Source of the DNA: a virus
Virus record (IMG/VR): IMGVR_UViG_3300009593_004150
Span: 6,361 to 70,360 of that record
Strand: one strand, 5' to 3'
DNA: 64,000 nucleotides
The notes under the pieces were generated by a model. It did no database searches. It worked only from the letters and a program-made list of their open reading frames with translations, and was not told the DNA's origin. A program made the position numbers and the translations under genes. Each line of letters starts with the position of its first letter. Position 1 is the stretch's first letter. Shown here piece by piece: positions 59,249 through 64,000 of this stretch.

Positions 59249-62200
59249 ATGCCAAAAATTAAAAAAGTTATTATAGGGGACGATGGCTCGCACACATACC
59301 CTGATGGAGTAGAGCCAGGTTCAGGGTTTCTAAATCAACCTGTAAGGGTCATCCAACAAGAGAGTGATTGCCTACCTTTATCTTATCCTACAATTACTAG
59401 GTCAACCACTAGGGGCCTGGTGGGTAATGAACCAGCTATCCCTTTTGATGACAGCAAGACAATAGTATTTGATTCAGCATATGCTACTGCATGGGTTTAT
59501 TTTACACGCCGCCCTAGGGATGGCAGCACACTAACCCTGTTTGATCCTGCAGGGACAATTGAATTACTTCCTCCGGTAGCTATTAAAGATATTAGGCTAG
59601 ATGACCTCTCCGTTTCCGCTGGTGCAGAAACGCTTACCAGCGAGCAGGTATATGAAGTTGAGATCGTCTCCGTCTCTACAACCGAACTGATACCAGATAC
59701 CGGAGAGACAAAGAATTTCCCCACATCAGATGTACCTACAATCCAAGGTAGCTGGCATGGAATAAAAGAGATCGCTGGAATCGACTTAGAATCAAATAAT
59801 TATGAGATTGCATTAAGCGTAAGCAGCTTGTGGGATCCTTCAAGCGATGGCACAGATCCGGTGTATCCGGAACCCACCGATGATAACATTCCGATCGGGA
59901 CCTTCGAAGTAAGCATAGTAGAAATCGACAAAGTTACCTCTGCACAGACCCTAGTTGCAGATTCTGAGATTACATTTGATATGCCTACGACAGGAGAGGG
60001 TACACCAATACCAGATTGTGGCATCTCAACTCCTGGCGCTCTAATAGAGCTTTATGACGGGTTGATAATCACATGGCCTAACCCAAGAAACGTGATTGAA
60101 GTTTCTGACTCAGCTGGAACACATGAATATGAACCGGCATATGTTGTTACCCCTGGTGACTTACCAACATGGCGCGCCACACTCCCTTCCCCTGATATGT
60201 TTAGATGGAGAAAATCCTCCGACACCGGCTTAAAATGGGATGGTTGGCAACCCTCCGTAGATGGGAAGATGATAGGGACCGGTAACGTAAAGCAAGATAT
60301 TATTATCCCTAACCTAAGATATTCAAATGCTGACGAGCTCGGGTACATCTATTCGGATCCAGTCGATTATGCAAATATCGCACCAGGAATGATGAACTCG
60401 CCTTCTTCATTTTTTGCAAATGTTTATGCAAGAGGTGATCTGTCTGCAACTGATGTAGATGAATTTTACATAGTAGAATATTCTTTAGATAACACTTGGC
60501 CTGGAGTACAAATAGGAACAATCAGCGAATTAAGATCTTCTCAATATAGTTCTACATCTCCATCTCATTGGGTTGGCTTATCTGCCTATGCTCCGTTTGC
60601 TGATGGATCCGCATTCACAAGCTCACACCTTGATTATGTCTTAAAGGATGATGCCGGCAACCCTGCTGAACTATATATGCCTAATGATCCTCATGTTGTA
60701 TCACCTTCAATTGCGCTACCAGACCCTGCAGGAAAAATATACTTTCGCGTCAAGGTCGGATCCAACGTTTCCTGGGGCAAGTGCGAAATCAAGATCAGTT
60801 TAAGTTATAATGGTCTTTTGTTGGGTATTGATGGAATAGATAATGAATCTGGTGCCGGTAATAACCTAATATTGTCATGGGGAAGTTTTGCAGACCATGG
60901 AGTCGGCGACAAATGGACAATAAACGTAGAAGATTCAACATCTGAGGTTTTTGAGTTTAATCGTGGTGTAATTACAAACCCAAAAAATACGGAAGTAAAT
61001 GTTAGTGGCAAGGTCAATCGCTCACGTGATCAAATTAATGCAGCACTAGCAAAAGCAATAAACACATCAGGTCTTCAAATTGAAGCACGACATGACGGGA
61101 GCAAAGTACTCCTTAGACAAACAATCCCAGGTGAGCCTGGCAACTTAAAGATATTTGCAGACAAAAGATCAAGCTGTCTTATATCAAATTCTAAAGAATT
61201 CTCTGTCGGCTCTGACGGATCTGTCACAGGATCTTTCTCTGGTGGCGATGGTTATCTAGTTTCATATCCTACTGTGCTACCAGCAAAGGTCCAGTCATAT
61301 GTCGGAGATAACCCACAATGGTCAAACATGCCGAAAGAAGAATTCAGCGAACCTGGGTTTAATGTTATTACTACAGCTGATGTTAATACTAACCTAGATA
61401 GTGAAGGTAGGAGGCTGTATTATAAGATCGTGGCCGGAACCAGGATTATTACAACATCACATGACCAATCATGGACACCTGAGGCAGATGCCGCTGCCAT
61501 CATCATTAATAGCGGCCCATTCCCTCCGGCATCTGATCCTACACAGGATGAGTATAGATGGCTAGGCAGTTCAGATGACGGCTTAGTAGGTTCAGAGAAA
61601 CCTCACTTTGTTAGATTCGACCTTTCAGAGGGTGAGTGGGAGACAGAGGATGAGTTCATGTTCCGCAATGGCGGGTGGAGCCCGGTGTCTGCACTAGCTG
61701 AGTGGGACGAAGCCACATGGCGTGAAGAACATGGGTTCATACATCCGATGCCAGTTCCATCACCATGGGCCTCATCAAGAGTCATGACTCCCAACACTTT
61801 ATCGGATGATTTAGGCAGGGGGTTAGTTAACGTTGGCCTAATTGCTACCGGCAGTACCAAGAAAGGGGTCTCTGACTCGTCTATTTTATATACCGAACGT
61901 ATGGCTTCTATTGAGACCACCCCGTATTATGACACCGGGTTTGACCTTAATGATGAGGATGATTATTACCTTGAAGGAACATCTGCTGTCGTTCATGAAG
62001 GCTTTACCAGCCCATTAAAGAGTAAGACGCAGGTCTCTATAGATTTAAGCACGGCTAGTTCCACAACTTTTGGTATGGATCAAAAAGCTAGTGAGGCAAC
62101 CACTTATCACTCAATGGTTTATTATAACTTCTCTGCAAAAGAATGGCAACAGGTTGGCTCAGGATTTCATAAGGCACAAGGCACAGGTACACAAGCCTTT

Positions 62201-64000
62201 TTCGAAGAAGCAGCAATAGGTTTCTCTAGGGGTGTTGAGCTAATTCAATCATCCCCCTCCTTGGCGGCTCTTCCAATTAATGATTTTGGGTTCCCAATGC
62301 ATCCAAAGTTTGAAGCATCTGAAGATCAAGCTTTGAGCATGTCAGGGTTTATCGACAAGCCTTTCATACTAGAGAAATTTGTTCTTGAGTATGATGCAGC
62401 ATGGACTGAGGGTGATGATTATTCTCGTAGAAGCGTAATGTATGATGTTTCTGCTGATGGTAAAATACGCAGAGTTGATGGTTCAGGCAGTTACAACAAC
62501 AAGGCAGCCATCAATAGTTTCTTTATTTTAAATCAACGTAACTGGGTCGGGAATTATGAATATAATTCCAAAGGCCTACCTTTAAAGTATTGGTATCCGC
62601 CAAACTACTCTAGAAATATCGAGCAAGGTGATGTTGATCCAAAAAATAATCGCTACATGTGGAATGGCTCGAACTACCGATACAATGCAGCTGATTCATT
62701 AGCATCATGGTTTAAATTTAACGACGACTATGATAGTGAGACGGGCAGCGCTGGTTTTACAGACGTGGTACAACCCTCAATTCCGGCAACACAAGAAAAT
62801 GCACGTGAAGAAATACCTTGGGAGTTTCCAGCTGGTGCCAGTATAGAAGGATTCTTAAGTACAATAAAGTTTACCGGTTCTGAACACCTTGAACGAAACT
62901 TAAACGTTCTTTTAGGGCAGAGTGCAGCCAATGACTTTCATCCAGACGGCACTTATCTTTCAGGGTGGCCGGCCTGGCACAGCATAGACCATAATGTCGA
63001 TGGCTTGTTCACCGATTGCGCCGGCCTAGACAATGATTTCAAGTGGGATGCGAAAACAGACATAGACAACGACGTCGATCCGACCAACTCAAAGGAACTA
63101 GTCGGTGTCGTTGAGCTAACTGGCGGTATGAAGAATGGTGACTGGAACCATGCGTTTGTTTTTAGAAATAAAAGGACACGATCACCGAGCAGTGCTTCCG
63201 GCCTAACTTCCGTCTTTTACAATGACCTGATCGCTGATACCGGTGAATCTATAACCTTGACATATGATTTTATGCAAGGGATTAGCACAGAGTTATTAGC
63301 TCCTGGTTCCATCGACGCTGATGGAGATGGCGTCTTAGACGTCACAATTGGTGACCGGGTCCTTGATGAGCCCCCCGATCCAAACATGGAAGACTCTGAA
63401 GCATTAAGGTTCCAGATCTCAAACTCTTTAGCCGGACCGTGGGTTGATGTTAGCGTGCATGAGCCAGATTATCAAAAGCAAGGGCAATGGCAACGTAACA
63501 CAGTTACTATTGATCAATCGTTGTATTTTGATAGCCCTACTGGTTTCTATATCAGATTTACTCAAAATGGAACGTCAGGCTGGCCTGATGCCTGGATGTT
63601 TACTAACGTCTCAATGGCAACTAACCCTAGTTTTACAAAAAGTATTTGGTTTAAGTCCGGTGCTGCCAAAACCATGAACCTTATAAGTGTTGTTGATGCC
63701 GACGGTGACCCAAACAAGTTTTGGCTAATGATAGCAAAAGATGGTACGCTTAGGTTAGCTGTTGACTCTGGGTCAAACAGGGTATATACCAGGATTAAAA
63801 GCCCAAGTTCGGTCACTGACGGCTTGTGGCACAATGCAGTAATCAGTTATGACGCTACCTCTGCAAAGTTTCGGCTTTGGTTAGATGCAGTCATGATTGG
63901 GTTCTATGACAAGCCCCAAACTGTCGATTCTGACGGCACACCATTGTGGAAAAAAGGAACATTAATAGATCCAGTCACTATGTCTGATGCTGGTATAACT
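59249..64000 (+). CDS. Giant virion protein, 3'-truncated (>1580 aa), LamG-like domain near window end
   Basis: ATG 59249 after AGGA; translated spot checks (MPKIKKVIIG..., NVYARGDL, DGLWHNAVISYD) are in one frame, open to base 64000; absent from ORF track, consistent with having no stop. Confidence 0.85.
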   Translation, partial: MPKIKKVIIGDDGSHTYPDGVEPGSGFLNQPVRVIQQESDCLPLSYPTITRSTTRGLVGNEPAIPFDDSKTIVFDSAYATAWVYFTRRPRDGSTLTLFDPAGTIELLPPVAIKDIRLDDLSVSAGAETLTSEQVYEVEIVSVSTTELIPDTGETKNFPTSDVPTIQGSWHGIKEIAGIDLESNNYEIALSVSSLWDPSSDGTDPVYPEPTDDNIPIGTFEVSIVEIDKVTSAQTLVADSEITFDMPTTGEGTPIPDCGISTPGALIELYDGLIITWPNPRNVIEVSDSAGTHEYEPAYVVTPGDLPTWRATLPSPDMFRWRKSSDTGLKWDGWQPSVDGKMIGTGNVKQDIIIPNLRYSNADELGYIYSDPVDYANIAPGMMNSPSSFFANVYARGDLSATDVDEFYIVEYSLDNTWPGVQIGTISELRSSQYSSTSPSHWVGLSAYAPFADGSAFTSSHLDYVLKDDAGNPAELYMPNDPHVVSPSIALPDPAGKIYFRVKVGSNVSWGKCEIKISLSYNGLLLGIDGIDNESGAGNNLILSWGSFADHGVGDKWTINVEDSTSEVFEFNRGVITNPKNTEVNVSGKVNRSRDQINAALAKAINTSGLQIEARHDGSKVLLRQTIPGEPGNLKIFADKRSSCLISNSKEFSVGSDGSVTGSFSGGDGYLVSYPTVLPAKVQSYVGDNPQWSNMPKEEFSEPGFNVITTADVNTNLDSEGRRLYYKIVAGTRIITTSHDQSWTPEADAAAIIINSGPFPPASDPTQDEYRWLGSSDDGLVGSEKPHFVRFDLSEGEWETEDEFMFRNGGWSPVSALAEWDEATWREEHGFIHPMPVPSPWASSRVMTPNTLSDDLGRGLVNVGLIATGSTKKGVSDSSILYTERMASIETTPYYDTGFDLNDEDDYYLEGTSAVVHEGFTSPLKSKTQVSIDLSTASSTTFGMDQKASEATTYHSMVYYNFSAKEWQQVGSGFHKAQGTGTQAFFEEAAIGFSRGVELIQSSPSLAALPINDFGFPMHPKFEASEDQALSMSGFIDKPFILEKFVLEYDAAWTEGDDYSRRSVMYDVSADGKIRRVDGSGSYNNKAAINSFFILNQRNWVGNYEYNSKGLPLKYWYPPNYSRNIEQGDVDPKNNRYMWNGSNYRYNAADSLASWFKFNDDYDSETGSAGFTDVVQPSIPATQENAREEIPWEFPAGASIEGFLSTIKFTGSEHLERNLNVLLGQSAANDFHPDGTYLSGWPAWHSIDHNVDGLFTDCAGLDNDFKWDAKTDIDNDVDPTNSKELVGVVELTGGMKNGDWNHAFVFRNKRTRSPSSASGLTSVFYNDLIADTGESITLTYDFMQGISTELLAPGSIDADGDGVLDVTIGDRVLDEPPDPNMEDSEALRFQISNSLAGPWVDVSVHEPDYQKQGQWQRNTVTIDQSLYFDSPTGFYIRFTQNGTSGWPDAWMFTNVSMATNPSFTKSIWFKSGAAKTMNLISVVDADGDPNKFWLMIAKDGTLRLAVDSGSNRVYTRIKSPSSVTDGLWHNAVISYDATSAKFRLWLDAVMIGFYDKPQTVDSDGTPLWKKGTLIDPVTMSDAGIT

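Larger units (their letters stand above)
1..64000. mobile_element. Segment of a jumbo/huge bacteriophage genome (myovirus-like)
   Basis: Baseplate wedge (gp25-like), baseplate J/gp6-like, tail fibres with S74 chaperones, phage sigma factor, PhoH, Hsp20, tRNAs, tmRNA; co-oriented dense genes; no ribosomal or housekeeping operons. Confidence 0.9.

Noticed and set aside
193-63834. Numerous minus-strand and nested ORFs in the track (e.g. 922-1491, 15624-16265, 40117-40677, 43596-44150, 59497-63834 set)
   Set aside because: They lie antisense to or within long, motif-bearing + strand genes and have no recognisable motifs
1-64000. Stop-codon reassignment, as in some huge phages
   Set aside because: Standard code gives full-length genes and high coding density; TAA, TAG and TGA all end genes; no suppressor tRNA seen

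Overview
The window is a segment of a large tailed dsDNA (jumbo/huge) bacteriophage genome. Genes are densely packed, almost all on the + strand, in the standard genetic code, and no bacterial housekeeping operons are present. gp25-like and baseplate J/gp6-like genes point to a contractile tail. From left to right: (1) the 3' part of an Ig-like fibre protein with an S74 chaperone domain; (2) an accessory/host-takeover region with Hsp20, two membrane-anchored proteases, tRNA-Thr, tRNA-Gly, a TagD-like cytidylyltransferase, a DinG-like helicase, HAD and NUDIX enzymes, a complete YeaH-SpoVR-PrkA triad, a catalytically degenerate GroEL-like protein, a YkuK RNase H-like protein, an Hc1-like protein, a complete tmRNA, a tubulin/FtsZ-family GTPase, a stand-alone sigma region-4 protein and PIN-PhoH; (3) tail-fibre genes; (4) a GATC/AGAT-repeat non-coding region resembling a replication origin (~28810-29020); (5) a glycosyltransferase/nucleotide-sugar cluster with an embedded Cas4-like nuclease; (6) a phage sigma factor, baseplate genes and four very large acidic virion proteins, the last (59249 to window end) missing from the ORF track. 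The most novel-looking signals are a Trp/Gly-Tyr module inserted in frame at about nine dispersed sites in the giant virion proteins, Russian-doll domain nesting in those proteins, the degenerate chaperonin, a candidate late promoter with leaderless genes carrying a shared short tag, and the origin-like repeat array. All family assignments come from motif recognition by eye, not database searches.
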